From contig JBKQQS010000019.1 in NCBI GenBank assembly GCA_052144215.1, positions 1,624 to 65,623 on the forward strand: a DNA stretch of 64,000 bases, in the 5' to 3' direction. Positions within the stretch are counted from its first letter, which is position 1, and every line of letters begins with the position of its first letter. Origin of the DNA: Rhodomicrobium sp. Its GTDB lineage: Bacteria > Pseudomonadota > Alphaproteobacteria > Rhizobiales > Rhodomicrobiaceae. The position numbers were made by a program, and so were the translations under genes. The notes under the pieces are model-generated. The model searched no databases. It had not been told where the DNA came from and saw only the letters and a program-made list of their open reading frames with translations. Shown here one piece after another: positions 21,489-34,367 of the stretch.

Positions 21489-21589
21489 TTACCCCTCACC
21501 CCAGCCCTCTCCCGCAGGGAGAGGGGCAGGCTGCGGCCTCAGCAACATCGTTCCCTCTCCCGGCGGGAGAGGGACAGGGTGAGGGGTAA
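21489..21589. repeat. REP-like palindromic element (CCCTCTCCC type)
   Basis: Terminal inverted repeat ttacccctcaccc...gggtgaggggtaa with two internal ccctctccc-nnn-gggagaggg hairpins. Confidence 0.8.
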
Positions 21590-21623
21590 TGCCGTTTTAG
21601 GCATAGGATCGATCCTTCGAGTG

Positions 21624-23636
21624 CTAGCAGCATCCACAATCGTGGTCATGAATTTCAGCATGAACCTCGAAGCCTGCTTCGGCGGCCTCTTCCTCGGCGG
21701 CGGCCGAAAGCTCCTCGACGCGCAACGCTCCTTGCGCCTCTTGCAGAAGCGCGAGCGCGTTGCAGCCCTCATGGATGAGCCGGTCGATTGCCACGGCGTC
21801 TTGCGGATCGATGGTATTCAAGATGGACGCGGGGCCGGCCAAATAGACGGCAACCGCTCCCGCCTTTTTCAACGCCGCCGCCGCGCCGGACATGGAGGTA
21901 TAGACCGCGTTGGACGAGCACAGGCACGCGACCGGTGCCGGGCTTTCCCGGAATGCCGCCGCGAGCGATTCGACGCTTTCGAAACCCTGTTCCGGTACGA
22001 TCGTCTCGATGCCGCCGGCAGCGAAAAAGCTTTGAACCCAGCTGGCGCGCGCCCGGTAATTTTCGGGCTTCCCGAGGAGCGCGAGGAATACCGGCGGCCG
22101 CGATCCGATCATGCTCAGCGCGATATCCGCGCGCCGGCGCAGCGCCTCGAAGGGCTCAGCGTCGCGCTGCAGGGGCGCAAGCGGCCGCGCCACAACGCTG
22201 GCGACCCGTCGCGAAGCGATGCGCAATTGCGGCAGCGCCGTGCCTTCGCGCGCCGCGGCCAGAAGAGCGGCAAAGCGCTCGCCTTTGGCCGGAGCTGGGA
22301 GTACCGGGAGGATGCCGGCAAAAGGATGATGGGTATCGCCGGCCGGTTTTGCTGCGGGATTCGAAGGCGGGGCGGCCTCCGCGAGGTTTGGAAACACCGA
22401 GACGCCGGTTATTTTGTCTTTACGGTGTGCCACGGCGCGTTCCCGCTCGCCGGCCTTGCGGTGCAGCTCGTCCTGGACGAATCCGCTTTCAAGAGCCGCG
22501 GCGAGACCGCCCTTGGCTTCTACTTCGCGGAAAAGCGCCCACGCAGCCGCCGCGATTTCATCGGTAAGCGTTTCGATATAAGCGGAGCCGGCGGCGGCAT
22601 CGGCGACCGCAGAAAGATAGCTCTCCTGCTGCAGGATGAGGCTCGTGTTGCGCGCCATCCGCCTCGACAAGTCCGTTGCACCGCTGCCGGCGCTGTCGAA
22701 CGGCAGCACCTCGATGCCGGTTGCGCCGCCAATCGCCGCACCGAAGGCGGCCGCGGTTCCGCGCAGCATATTCACATGCGGGTCGTAGGCGCTCAAAATT
22801 CGCCGCGACATCCGGCCAAGCACGAGCACGTCCGCTTGCGGCTTTTCTCCCGCCGCCTCAACCGCGCGGGCCCAAAGCAGCCGCAGTGCACGGAATTTCG
22901 CGATGGTGAGGAAAATGTCCGCCGAAGCGCCGAGCGAGAAGCCAATGCAACGCGCGGCATCGGCGAGCGGCATGCCGGCCTCGGCCAGCGCGCGCCAATA
23001 GCTGACGCCCGCGGCCAGCGCAAAGGCCAATTCCTGCACAGCCGAGCCGCCCGAATCATCATAAGCGTTGCCGCTTGCAAGGAACGGAACGAACCAGGGG
23101 AAATGCTCGCGGATATAAAACGCGGCGTCCACGTAATCGGCGAGGAGCGCGGACTCTTCGGCCGGGCGCTCGCCGCTGACCGCGAAGGCCGTGAGCGGAT
23201 CGAAACCGGCGGAGCAGGCGGCGCCCGGCTTGTGATTGGCCGAAATCGCAGCGAGCAAGAGGGCGGCGTCCGCGGGCACCGATCCCGGCGCGATGAAATA
23301 GGGGATGTCCGAGCCCACGAGATGTTTCAGCTCGCCGGCGGTCTGGACATCGAGGCACGCATCGAAATCGATGGCGTGGGCGCATTCGCCACCTTGAAGA
23401 TCGCCCGCAAGCTGCGCTTCGTCCGCGGTCAGCGGCTGCACAATCGACCAGCCCCGCGAACCGGAGAGCGGCGGCCTTTGCGGAGCCCGCGTATAAAGCG
23501 GCTCGGTCTTAAGCCCCTCGTGAAGCTCAGTCCGCAACGCATCGAACGGCGCGTTGCCCAGGGCCTTGCCGGCAAGGGCAAGCCATTCAGCCTCCGACGC
23601 GGGAGGAAAGCCGGCAGCAAGTGATAATCTATCCAT
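21624..23636 (-). CDS. mutA: Methylmalonyl-CoA mutase, small (beta, non-catalytic) subunit
   Basis: Degenerate MCM fold (DPHVNMLRGTAAAFGAAIGGA, RRMARNTSLILQQES, GSAYIETLT, ITGVSVFPN) without the DxHxxG motif; directly upstream of the large subunit. Confidence 0.85.
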   Translation of the reverse strand: MDRLSLAAGFPPASEAEWLALAGKALGNAPFDALRTELHEGLKTEPLYTRAPQRPPLSGSRGWSIVQPLTADEAQLAGDLQGGECAHAIDFDACLDVQTAGELKHLVGSDIPYFIAPGSVPADAALLLAAISANHKPGAACSAGFDPLTAFAVSGERPAEESALLADYVDAAFYIREHFPWFVPFLASGNAYDDSGGSAVQELAFALAAGVSYWRALAEAGMPLADAARCIGFSLGASADIFLTIAKFRALRLLWARAVEAAGEKPQADVLVLGRMSRRILSAYDPHVNMLRGTAAAFGAAIGGATGIEVLPFDSAGSGATDLSRRMARNTSLILQQESYLSAVADAAAGSAYIETLTDEIAAAAWALFREVEAKGGLAAALESGFVQDELHRKAGERERAVAHRKDKITGVSVFPNLAEAAPPSNPAAKPAGDTHHPFAGILPVLPAPAKGERFAALLAAAREGTALPQLRIASRRVASVVARPLAPLQRDAEPFEALRRRADIALSMIGSRPPVFLALLGKPENYRARASWVQSFFAAGGIETIVPEQGFESVESLAAAFRESPAPVACLCSSNAVYTSMSGAAAALKKAGAVAVYLAGPASILNTIDPQDAVAIDRLIHEGCNALALLQEAQGALRVEELSAAAEEEAAEAGFEVHAEIHDHDCGCC

Positions 23637-23823
23637 GGGGCTTATGATAGTTGATGCGGGTGGGGCGCGTCCACCGCCGGGTGGATTTTAGACGTATCTT
23701 CGGGAGTTATTCTTAGCGCGCCCGCCAAGCCCGCGCCAGAGTTTTCGCCGCAACGCGCTTCAGGGTGTCGACGGCGCCGCAAAAATTGGATAGCCTCGCC
23801 GCACGCCAACTGGGAGCTACATT

Positions 23824-25635
23824 ATGGCGCGCCTGCCCGCAATCGCTTTGCTGATTTTGAGCCTCTTTCTGCCCGCCGGCGCTTTCGCCGAAAACCGGCT
23901 CGCGCTCGTCATCACGAACAAGGACTATCCGGCATCAATCGGCGCGCTTTCAAACACCCATTCGGATGGCGAACGCATCGCGCGAACGCTCACCCGCCTC
24001 GGCTTCTCCGTCGTCCACAAGCGCGATTTGACCAAGGACCAGATGCTCGCCGAGTTTTCGGCTTACGCCGCGCGCCTGACCGGGGCGGGACCGGATGCGG
24101 TAGGATTTTTCTACTATTCAGGCCACGGCGCGGCCAATAGCGCTTATGGCGAGAACTATCTAATCCCCGTAGCAGCGCCGCTGACGCTCGACTCGCAGCT
24201 TGTGCTGTTCGGCGTGAAGGCCGGCGATGTGATCGACGCACTCTCCGCGACCCCGGCGAAGGCTAACTTCGTAGTGCTGGATTCCTGCCGCGACGTTCCG
24301 CTGGAATTTGCCCTGCGCGGCGAGCGACGCGGTTTGCGATCGGTGAAGGAGCGGCGGGGCATGCTTGTGGCGTTCGCTACCGATCCAGGCAAGACGGCGA
24401 CGGACTCCGGTGTTTATGCCGAGGCGCTGGCCGCCGAGCTTGAGCGGCCCGGAGAGGAAGCGTCGCATGTTTTCAGAGCCGTGCGCCGCCGGGTGCTGGA
24501 AGCGACGGCAGGCAAGCAGTTCCCCTGGCACGCGGATGGGCTGCTGGACGATTTTTACTTCGTGCCGCAACAAGTTGCGGCGGCCAAGCCGGTTGAGATA
24601 CCGAAGCCTGAAAAGCCAGAAGATCGGGCAATCGCGGCGTCTAGTCCCGCCGAGCTGCCGGCCGCCATAAAACCGGTGGAGCCTGCACGGCCGGCGCCCG
24701 CGATCCGGTATGAGGATGCAACGCAACGGCTGGTGCGCACATTCACCGGGCACACGCAATGGGTTCTTTCTGTAGCGCTTTCGCCCGATAACCGCTTCGC
24801 CCTCTCAGGTAGCTTAGATAGTACTCTTAGATTGTGGGAAGTCGCTACCGGGAAGGAGCTGCGCAGCTTTGGCAGGCCTACCGGGGGCGGTGTCCCGTCG
24901 GTAGCGTTCTCCCCAGACGGTCGTTTTGCCCTCTCCGCCGGAGACACCATGAACCTGTGGGAGGTTACCACGGGCAACCAGTTGCGCGGCTTCCTCGGGG
25001 GTGCAAGTGCGGTGACGTTTTCGCCCGATGGCCGCTTCGCACTCTCAGGCAGCTCGGACCATACCCTGGAACTTCGGGAGGTAGCCACGGGCAAGAAGCT
25101 GCGCAGCTTCACCGGGCATACCTACGGCGTGTTTTCGGTAGCGTTTTCGCCAGATGGCCGTTTCGCTCTTTCCGGCGGGGGAGGATATCTGCCTCATGGC
25201 GACTATGCCGAGATGAAGCTTTGGGAGGTCGCTACGGGCAAAGAGCTGCGCAGTTTCGGCGGCCATTCACATCCAGTTTTTACGGTGGTGTGGTCGCCCG
25301 ATGGACATTTCATTCTCTCTGGCGCCTTTGGTACCCTGAAACTGTGGGAGCCGGCCACGGGCAAAGAGCTGCGCAGCTTCAACGGAGGTGAGAGACCAGC
25401 CGCTTTTTCGCCAGATAGCCGTCTCGTCCTCTCCGGCAGCGGCGACGCACTGAAACTGTGGGAGCTAGCCACTGGCAAGGAACTGCGCAGTTTTGCCGGA
25501 CATACCGACATGATCAGGTCGATTGCGTTTTCGTCAGATGGCCGGTTCGCGCTCTCCGGCAGCGATGACAAAACCCTAAAGCTGTGGGACGTGTCGGAGT
25601 GGACGCAGGCCCCAGGCGTATCTGCCGCGAAATAA
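23824..25635 (+). CDS. Secreted caspase-family (peptidase C14) protein with seven WD40 repeats
   Basis: Signal peptide; RLALVITNKDY; catalytic His (YYSGHG) and Cys (VLDSCRD); Pro/Ala linker; seven repeats of the type GH...SVAFSPDGRFALSGS.D.TLKLWEVATGKELR. Confidence 0.9.
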   Translation: MARLPAIALLILSLFLPAGAFAENRLALVITNKDYPASIGALSNTHSDGERIARTLTRLGFSVVHKRDLTKDQMLAEFSAYAARLTGAGPDAVGFFYYSGHGAANSAYGENYLIPVAAPLTLDSQLVLFGVKAGDVIDALSATPAKANFVVLDSCRDVPLEFALRGERRGLRSVKERRGMLVAFATDPGKTATDSGVYAEALAAELERPGEEASHVFRAVRRRVLEATAGKQFPWHADGLLDDFYFVPQQVAAAKPVEIPKPEKPEDRAIAASSPAELPAAIKPVEPARPAPAIRYEDATQRLVRTFTGHTQWVLSVALSPDNRFALSGSLDSTLRLWEVATGKELRSFGRPTGGGVPSVAFSPDGRFALSAGDTMNLWEVTTGNQLRGFLGGASAVTFSPDGRFALSGSSDHTLELREVATGKKLRSFTGHTYGVFSVAFSPDGRFALSGGGGYLPHGDYAEMKLWEVATGKELRSFGGHSHPVFTVVWSPDGHFILSGAFGTLKLWEPATGKELRSFNGGERPAAFSPDSRLVLSGSGDALKLWELATGKELRSFAGHTDMIRSIAFSSDGRFALSGSDDKTLKLWDVSEWTQAPGVSAAK

Positions 25636-25683
25636 GCCGCTTGCGCCAGTTGCTTTTGCGCGCACCATGCCGGATCGAGTGGA

Positions 25684-26100
25684 TCACGATTTCAAATCGC
25701 ATCGCGGCTTATTGTCTTCACCGCCGCCCAAAACCTGAGGAACAGCGTACCGGCCGCCCAGACGAAGGGCTTTCAAAATATATCCGGCTGCCTCCTGCGA
25801 GTCGATATATCCTTGAAATAGCGCCTCGTTATATTGGTCATGGAAGCTAAAATCGGCTGGCTTCTCCACTCCCTCAAGCCTCGTTTCGGCGAATACGGGA
25901 TCGATTAGCCCGAACCAAATAGTTATAAAATCGCCGTCCTTGCTGAGATACACGTTGAGGCGCAAAAAATCGGGCGCGCCATCCACGGTGGGATGATTGC
26001 TGTATTCATACACCAATGGACCGCCGGGATATTCAAAATCCCGGAGTCTAACGAAATTCCACAGAGATGGATCGAGCGCCCCGGAGTTTTTTCCGTTCAT
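25684..26100 (-). CDS. Hypothetical protein
   Basis: 138-aa ORF from the ATG at 26100 with protein-like composition; the longer annotated N-terminus derives from a repeat element. Confidence 0.5.
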   Translation of the reverse strand: MNGKNSGALDPSLWNFVRLRDFEYPGGPLVYEYSNHPTVDGAPDFLRLNVYLSKDGDFITIWFGLIDPVFAETRLEGVEKPADFSFHDQYNEALFQGYIDSQEAAGYILKALRLGGRYAVPQVLGGGEDNKPRCDLKS

Positions 26101-26165
26101 GGCAACGAAGTTCCGAATCCCGTTAATGCTTCCACCAAGCGCCGAAAGTCCTGACCGGTCCGCGG

Positions 26166-26271
26166 CGTCGTCCCCGCGAAGGCGGGGACCCAGTAAGCGC
26201 CGCCCCATGTCATTGCTTTCGCACCTCTTTAGCGTTCCAATTACTGGATTCCCGCCTGCGCGGGAATGACG
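26166..26271. repeat. Palindromic element (ATTCCC-N8-GGGAAT / RPE-like)
   Basis: cgtcgtccccgcgaaggcggggacccag ... ctggattcccgcctgcgcgggaatgacg. Confidence 0.8.
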
Positions 26272-26470
26272 ATCCAGCGGTCAACGCTAATCTGCGCCGG
26301 CATTACGCCCGGCTATTGGCGCGCCAGGATCTCCTGAATGCCGCAGCGTCAAAGCCCCGCCACACTTTCCGTGCCTATGGCCTTTTGCCGCTTGGCGGCG
26401 GCGTTCTCTCAAGCTGTTGTTGAAACGCTGGCCGCTTCCTTTATAACGCCTCGAAACCCGAGCGCCAAAA

Positions 26471-29797
<3,327 letters not shown>

Positions 29798-29908
29798 AAT
29801 GTGCGAGCCGGTGCCAGATTTTGGCCCCAGGCGCGTGTTGCTATGTGCCTTCCGCTCAAGAACGCATTGACAAGTTCCAGGTTTGTGAACTGGACAGGGG
29901 AGACTGGT

Positions 29909-30388
29909 ATGACCGAAAAAGTGCCGATGACCGCTCAGGGGCATGCCGCGCTTGAGGCCGAGCTTAAATATCTAAGATCGGTTGAGCGCCAGCGCATCAT
30001 CAAGGCGATCGCGGAGGCCCGGTCCCATGGCGATCTCTCCGAGAATGCCGAGTATCATGCCGCAAAGGAAGCGCAAGGCATGAACGAGGCAAAGGTCGCC
30101 GATCTGGAGGACAAGCTCTCCCGCGCGGACATCATCGATATTTCGAAGCTTTCCGGCGAGACGGTCAAGTTCGGCGCCACCGTCACTCTCGTCGATGAGG
30201 ATACCGAAGAAGAGGTGAAGTATCAGATCGTCGGCGATTTCGAGGCCGATGTGCGCCAGGGAAGGGTATCCATCGGCTCACCGATAGCGCGCGCGCTGAT
30301 CGGCAAAAAGGCGGGCGATTCCGTCGAGGTCAATACGCCGCGCGGCGCGAAATCGTACGAAATTTTGAAAGTCGCTTTCAAGGGCTAG
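29909..30388 (+). CDS. greA: Transcription elongation factor GreA
   Basis: [18 protein letters not shown] and [13 protein letters not shown] motifs. Confidence 0.97.
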   Translation: MTEKVPMTAQGHAALEAELKYLRSVERQRIIKAIAEARSHGDLSENAEYHAAKEAQGMNEAKVADLEDKLSRADIIDISKLSGETVKFGATVTLVDEDTEEEVKYQIVGDFEADVRQGRVSIGSPIARALIGKKAGDSVEVNTPRGAKSYEILKVAFKG

Positions 30389-30580
30389 CCGGAGCGCTGC
30401 CCCTCGCCGAGCTCCTCATGTGCTGCCTCATGGCCAGCACCCGATCGCGAAGCATGTCCGCAATGTCCGGTTCGGAGCGGTTGGGGCTTTGCGCGTTGCA
30501 GCTTGCCGGCGGAAATCGCCCAAAACAGCCCTCCGGTGTTGCCGTCTGACGGGTGTTCCGATCTTCCGGAGCGGCCCCGC

Positions 30581-31081
30581 TTAGTCCAGCGCTGCGCCGG
30601 GTTCGTTCTTCGCGGTTTTGATCGTAAAGGCCGTTTTGACGGAGCTGACATTGGGGGCTGCAGTCAGCTCGCGGATGACGAAGTTCTGAAACGTCACGAC
30701 ATCCGGCGCCACGCATTTTAACAGGTAATCGGTGTCGCCAGAGAGCATGTAAGCTTCCCGGACGATATCCCACTGGCGCGTTCTGGCCTCGAATGCCGAA
30801 AGATCGGACTCGGCCTGACTTTCGAGCTTCACATAAGCGAATGCGGTCAAATGATATCCAAGACGGGGCAAATTGAACGCTGCGTGATATCCGGCGATGA
30901 CGCCGCTGCGTTCCAATTCGCGCACGCGCCGCAGGCAGGGGGGCGCCGAAAGACCTACGCGCATCGCGAGTTCAACATTGGTCATCCGGCCGTCCTTCTG
31001 CAGCTCGGCTAGAATACGCCAATCGGTGGCGTCGAGTTTCGCGGGCTTGTTCACGTCGTCCAACGTTCGGGCCGATGCCAT
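30581..31081 (-). CDS. Lrp/AsnC transcriptional regulator
   Basis: LDATDWRILAELQKDGRMTNVELA...CLRRVRELE and SGDTDYLLK motifs. Confidence 0.92.
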   Translation of the reverse strand: MASARTLDDVNKPAKLDATDWRILAELQKDGRMTNVELAMRVGLSAPPCLRRVRELERSGVIAGYHAAFNLPRLGYHLTAFAYVKLESQAESDLSAFEARTRQWDIVREAYMLSGDTDYLLKCVAPDVVTFQNFVIRELTAAPNVSSVKTAFTIKTAKNEPGAALD

Positions 31082-31300
31082 GCTTATTCCTTCGTCAGCT
31101 ATATAGTGGCAAATATGGGGCAACAGCCAGGCTGGCGGAATGATACAGATCAAAAAATGCAAATTAAGAAGGATTCTTGCTGCGTCAAAATATCTCTGTG
31201 CGCGCGCCGAGCCGGGGCTTAACCATATCTTCTTGTGAAACGCGGCCCGCAAACCCATTTGTGCGGTGCAACGAAAAAAGGTGAGGGAGTGGACTCCACA

Positions 31301-32263
31301 ATGACGAGGCGTCATAGCAGGCTCGCGATCATAGGGTCGGGGCCCGCGGGCTACACCGCGGCGATCTATGCAGCGCGCGCTATGCTGCAGCCGGTATTGA
31401 TCGAGGGAATTCAACCCGGCGGCCAGCTCACGATCACCACCGATGTCGAAAATTATCCCGGCTTTGCCGAGGCTATCCAGGGGCCGTGGCTCATGGAGCA
31501 GATGCGCGCGCAAGCGCTGCATGTCGGCGCCGGTATCGTACAAGATCACATTACCTCGGTGGATTTCGCCCAGCGCCCGTTCACGTTACGCGGCGATTCC
31601 GGCACAACCTATAGCGCCGAGTCGGTCATTATCTGCACCGGCGCTCAAGCCCGCTGGCTTGGCCTTCCATCCGAGCAGAATTTCCAGGGGTATGGCGTTT
31701 CGGCCTGCGCAACATGCGACGGCTTCTTTTACAAGGGCAAGGACGTGGCTGTGATCGGCGGCGGCAATTCAGCCGTCGAGGAAGCGCTCTTTTTAACCAA
31801 TTTCGCGCGTTCCGTTACAGTTGTGCATCGCCGCGATTCGTTCCGCGCAGAGAAGATTTTGCAGAACCGGCTGTTCGCGAATCCGAAGATCAAGGTCATC
31901 TGGAACGCTGTGCTGGAAGAGGTCGTGGGTTCCGAGACTCCTAAAGTTGTGCAGGGGATAAAACTGCGCGACGCGGGCACCGGCGCCATTACCGCGCTTA
32001 CAGTCGACGGTGTCTTCATCGCCATCGGTCACGCGCCCGCAACCGCAATCTTCAAGGGACAGGTGGAAATGACGCCGGCCGGGTACATCGTGACCGCGGC
32101 GAAATCGACGGCGACAAACGTGGCGGGTGTTTTCGCTGCAGGGGACGTGACGGACGACATTTACCGCCAAGCTGTTACTGCCGCCGGAATGGGCTGCATG
32201 GCCGCGCTCGACGCCGAGCGCTATTTGGCAAGTTTGGAAACGCTAGAGCAGGCGGCCGAATAG
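31301..32263 (+). CDS. trxB: Thioredoxin-disulfide reductase
   Basis: IIGSGPAGYTAA, redox-active CATC, GGGNSAVEEA and GVFAAGDV. Confidence 0.97.
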   Translation: MTRRHSRLAIIGSGPAGYTAAIYAARAMLQPVLIEGIQPGGQLTITTDVENYPGFAEAIQGPWLMEQMRAQALHVGAGIVQDHITSVDFAQRPFTLRGDSGTTYSAESVIICTGAQARWLGLPSEQNFQGYGVSACATCDGFFYKGKDVAVIGGGNSAVEEALFLTNFARSVTVVHRRDSFRAEKILQNRLFANPKIKVIWNAVLEEVVGSETPKVVQGIKLRDAGTGAITALTVDGVFIAIGHAPATAIFKGQVEMTPAGYIVTAAKSTATNVAGVFAAGDVTDDIYRQAVTAAGMGCMAALDAERYLASLETLEQAAE

Positions 32264-32288
32264 GCGCCTGCGAACGCCGGAGGCAAAG

Positions 32289-33185
32289 GTGCCCTTAGAT
32301 TGGGACAAGCTACGCATATTTCACGCTGCGGCCGAGGCGGGAAGTTTCACCCACGCAGGCGAAACGCTCAGCATTAGTCAATCGGCGGTTAGCCGCCACA
32401 TTAGCGCTCTCGAACGCGATTTGAATGTTCCGCTGTTTCACCGGCACGCGCGCGGGCTCGTTCTCACCGAACAGGGCGAGCTGCTCTACCGGACCGCGCA
32501 GGACGTATTCAGCAAGCTTGCGACGACCCAAATCCTTTTGGCCGATTCGCGCGGCAAGCCCAGCGGCGAATTGAAAGTCACCACGACGATGGCGCTCGGC
32601 ACGGGCTGGCTTACACCCCGCCTCAACGAGTTTATGAACCTCTACCCCGATATCCGGCTTCGCCTTCTGCTCGACGACGAGTCCTTGAACCTCACCATGC
32701 GCGAGGCGGACGTAGCGATTTGGTTTGGGGCCCCGACGCAGCAAGACTTGGTGCGCCGGAAACTTTTCACCGCCCATTACCATGTCTACGCTTCAACCGA
32801 TTACGTGAAACGGCACGGGAAGCCCAAAAGCCTCGAAGATCTGGATAAGCACCGCATTCTGACTTATGGCGGCCCCATGCCGAGCCCGTTCAAGGAGATG
32901 AATATGCTCGAGATGGCTGGACGGAACGGTCTTGGGCCACGCGAACCCGCGCTTCGTATTAATAGCCTCCTCGCGCTCCGCGAGGCGGTAATGCAGGGCA
33001 CCGGCCTAGCCGTGCTTCCGGATTATCTGGCGAGAGATTATCCGCGGCTGATTCATGTCTTGGAAGATACCGGCATGCCGGAGTTCGATACATTTTTTGT
33101 TTATCCGGAAGATCTCAAGGACACAAAGCGGGTAAACGCGTTTCGCGACTTTCTAATCGCAAAATCTAGGGAGTGGTTATTTTAG
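32289..33185 (+). CDS. LysR regulator, probable VtlR/LsrB ortholog
   Basis: MPLDWDKLRIFHAAAEAGSFTHA N-terminus and the lrp-trxB-lysR synteny known for VtlR/LsrB in Rhizobiales. Confidence 0.85.
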   Translation: MPLDWDKLRIFHAAAEAGSFTHAGETLSISQSAVSRHISALERDLNVPLFHRHARGLVLTEQGELLYRTAQDVFSKLATTQILLADSRGKPSGELKVTTTMALGTGWLTPRLNEFMNLYPDIRLRLLLDDESLNLTMREADVAIWFGAPTQQDLVRRKLFTAHYHVYASTDYVKRHGKPKSLEDLDKHRILTYGGPMPSPFKEMNMLEMAGRNGLGPREPALRINSLLALREAVMQGTGLAVLPDYLARDYPRLIHVLEDTGMPEFDTFFVYPEDLKDTKRVNAFRDFLIAKSREWLF

Positions 33186-33558
33186 TTTTGCTTGTTCGCG
33201 CCCCGATCGAAAGAAGGGTGGCACGCGATGGCAGAAAATGCGCGGGAAACAAGCTCATGCGCACCGCCGGGCGTATCCGCCGCCGGCCAAGTAAGATGTC
33301 CCGCGCGTTCCCCAAGGTGTGCCCTGATGCTACTTTGTCACAGGCCGGATAGATTGAGCCCAAAGTGCGGCCCATCGTGGCGTCCTGAGTTCCCTTTCAG
33401 GGCAAACTCTATTTACAATTTGTCAGTGCTTAGTGATTCGGCCGGGATTGGAAAGGCCGAGAAGGATGGAGTCGGTGTGTAAAGCGAGTGTCCAAGGGGG
33501 ACAGGCTTAAGAGGCGCATCTCGCCTCGAAGCCAATTGGGCTGAACGAGGCGAGCCAC

Positions 33559-34209
33559 ATGAAGCTCTTTCAAATTATAGCGAGCGCGCAGGGCAGCCGC
33601 GCGTTTTTCAATATGGGACAGGCCTTCGGCTTTGGCGATGAGCTAATGGCACAGACCGTCCGGTATTTTATCCCGCCCATGGCGAAAGCCATCGAGAAAC
33701 GGGCGCAAACGCCTGAGGGATTACTGTCGGTTTTGGAGTTCTTGGGATCGCGCCGCTACGACAGGTTTCTGGACGATCCGCGCATTTTCGGGCACGCTCA
33801 GGTTTTGAAGGAAGGCGAGCGTGTGCTCGACTATCTTTTCGTGCGCGAAGCCCGCATCAATAAGATTATTGAAAACCGGGCCAAGGTTCTGCCGATCGAG
33901 GCAACTGCCCTGGAGAAGATGCTGCCTTATATCGCGGTCATGGTGATCGGCGCCATCGAGGTCAGGACCAGGCGGCCTCTCGGTGTTATCTGGCACCGCA
34001 TTACTAAGGGTGCCTCGGACGACCGGGCTCTTGCCAACCCTTATCTGGCTCTCGTTCAATTTCTTAAGAAGCAAGAGCGCGAGCAGAAGGATCATCGGCG
34101 CAGGCGGCTCTTCGCGTTCCTGGGCGTTGGCTCGTCCGCTGCGCCTGCACCGGCCCCCGCGTTACCCGAGGCTGCTCTGGAAGCGCCAGCGCTATTCCAA
34201 TCCGCGTAA
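33559..34209 (+). CDS. DUF937-like protein
   Basis: LFQIIASAQG...MGQAFG and GERVLDYLF...LEKMLPYIAVMVIG pattern typical of DUF937. Confidence 0.6.
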   Translation: MKLFQIIASAQGSRAFFNMGQAFGFGDELMAQTVRYFIPPMAKAIEKRAQTPEGLLSVLEFLGSRRYDRFLDDPRIFGHAQVLKEGERVLDYLFVREARINKIIENRAKVLPIEATALEKMLPYIAVMVIGAIEVRTRRPLGVIWHRITKGASDDRALANPYLALVQFLKKQEREQKDHRRRRLFAFLGVGSSAAPAPAPALPEAALEAPALFQSA

Positions 34210-34244
34210 GGGCGGCCATCTCCAGCCGCAACCCTGCAGCCAGA

Positions 34245-34286
34245 TGCGGCCAAAAACAAACGGGTGTCCGATTGTTTTTGGCCGCA
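34245..34286. terminator. Perfect 15-bp inverted repeat between convergent genes
   Basis: tgcggccaaaaacaa-N12-ttgtttttggccgca. Confidence 0.55.
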
Positions 34287-34367
34287 AACACGCCGCTCCA
34301 GCTCAATGGGCCCAACCGCGTCCCGGCCACGGTGGTGTCTTCGGCGGATGCACGCGAAGACCTGCAT

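Noticed and set aside
21078-23624. 848-aa plus-strand ORF
   Set aside because: Lies antisense to both mutase genes and reads through a repeat element; no recognisable domain.
23640-23820. Possible cobalamin riboswitch upstream of the mutase genes
   Set aside because: No B12-box or GGGAA/ACTG core motifs visible.
24735-25605. Regularly recurring DNA repeats considered as a CRISPR array
   Set aside because: They are in-frame WD40 coding repeats with variable sequence, and there are no cas genes.
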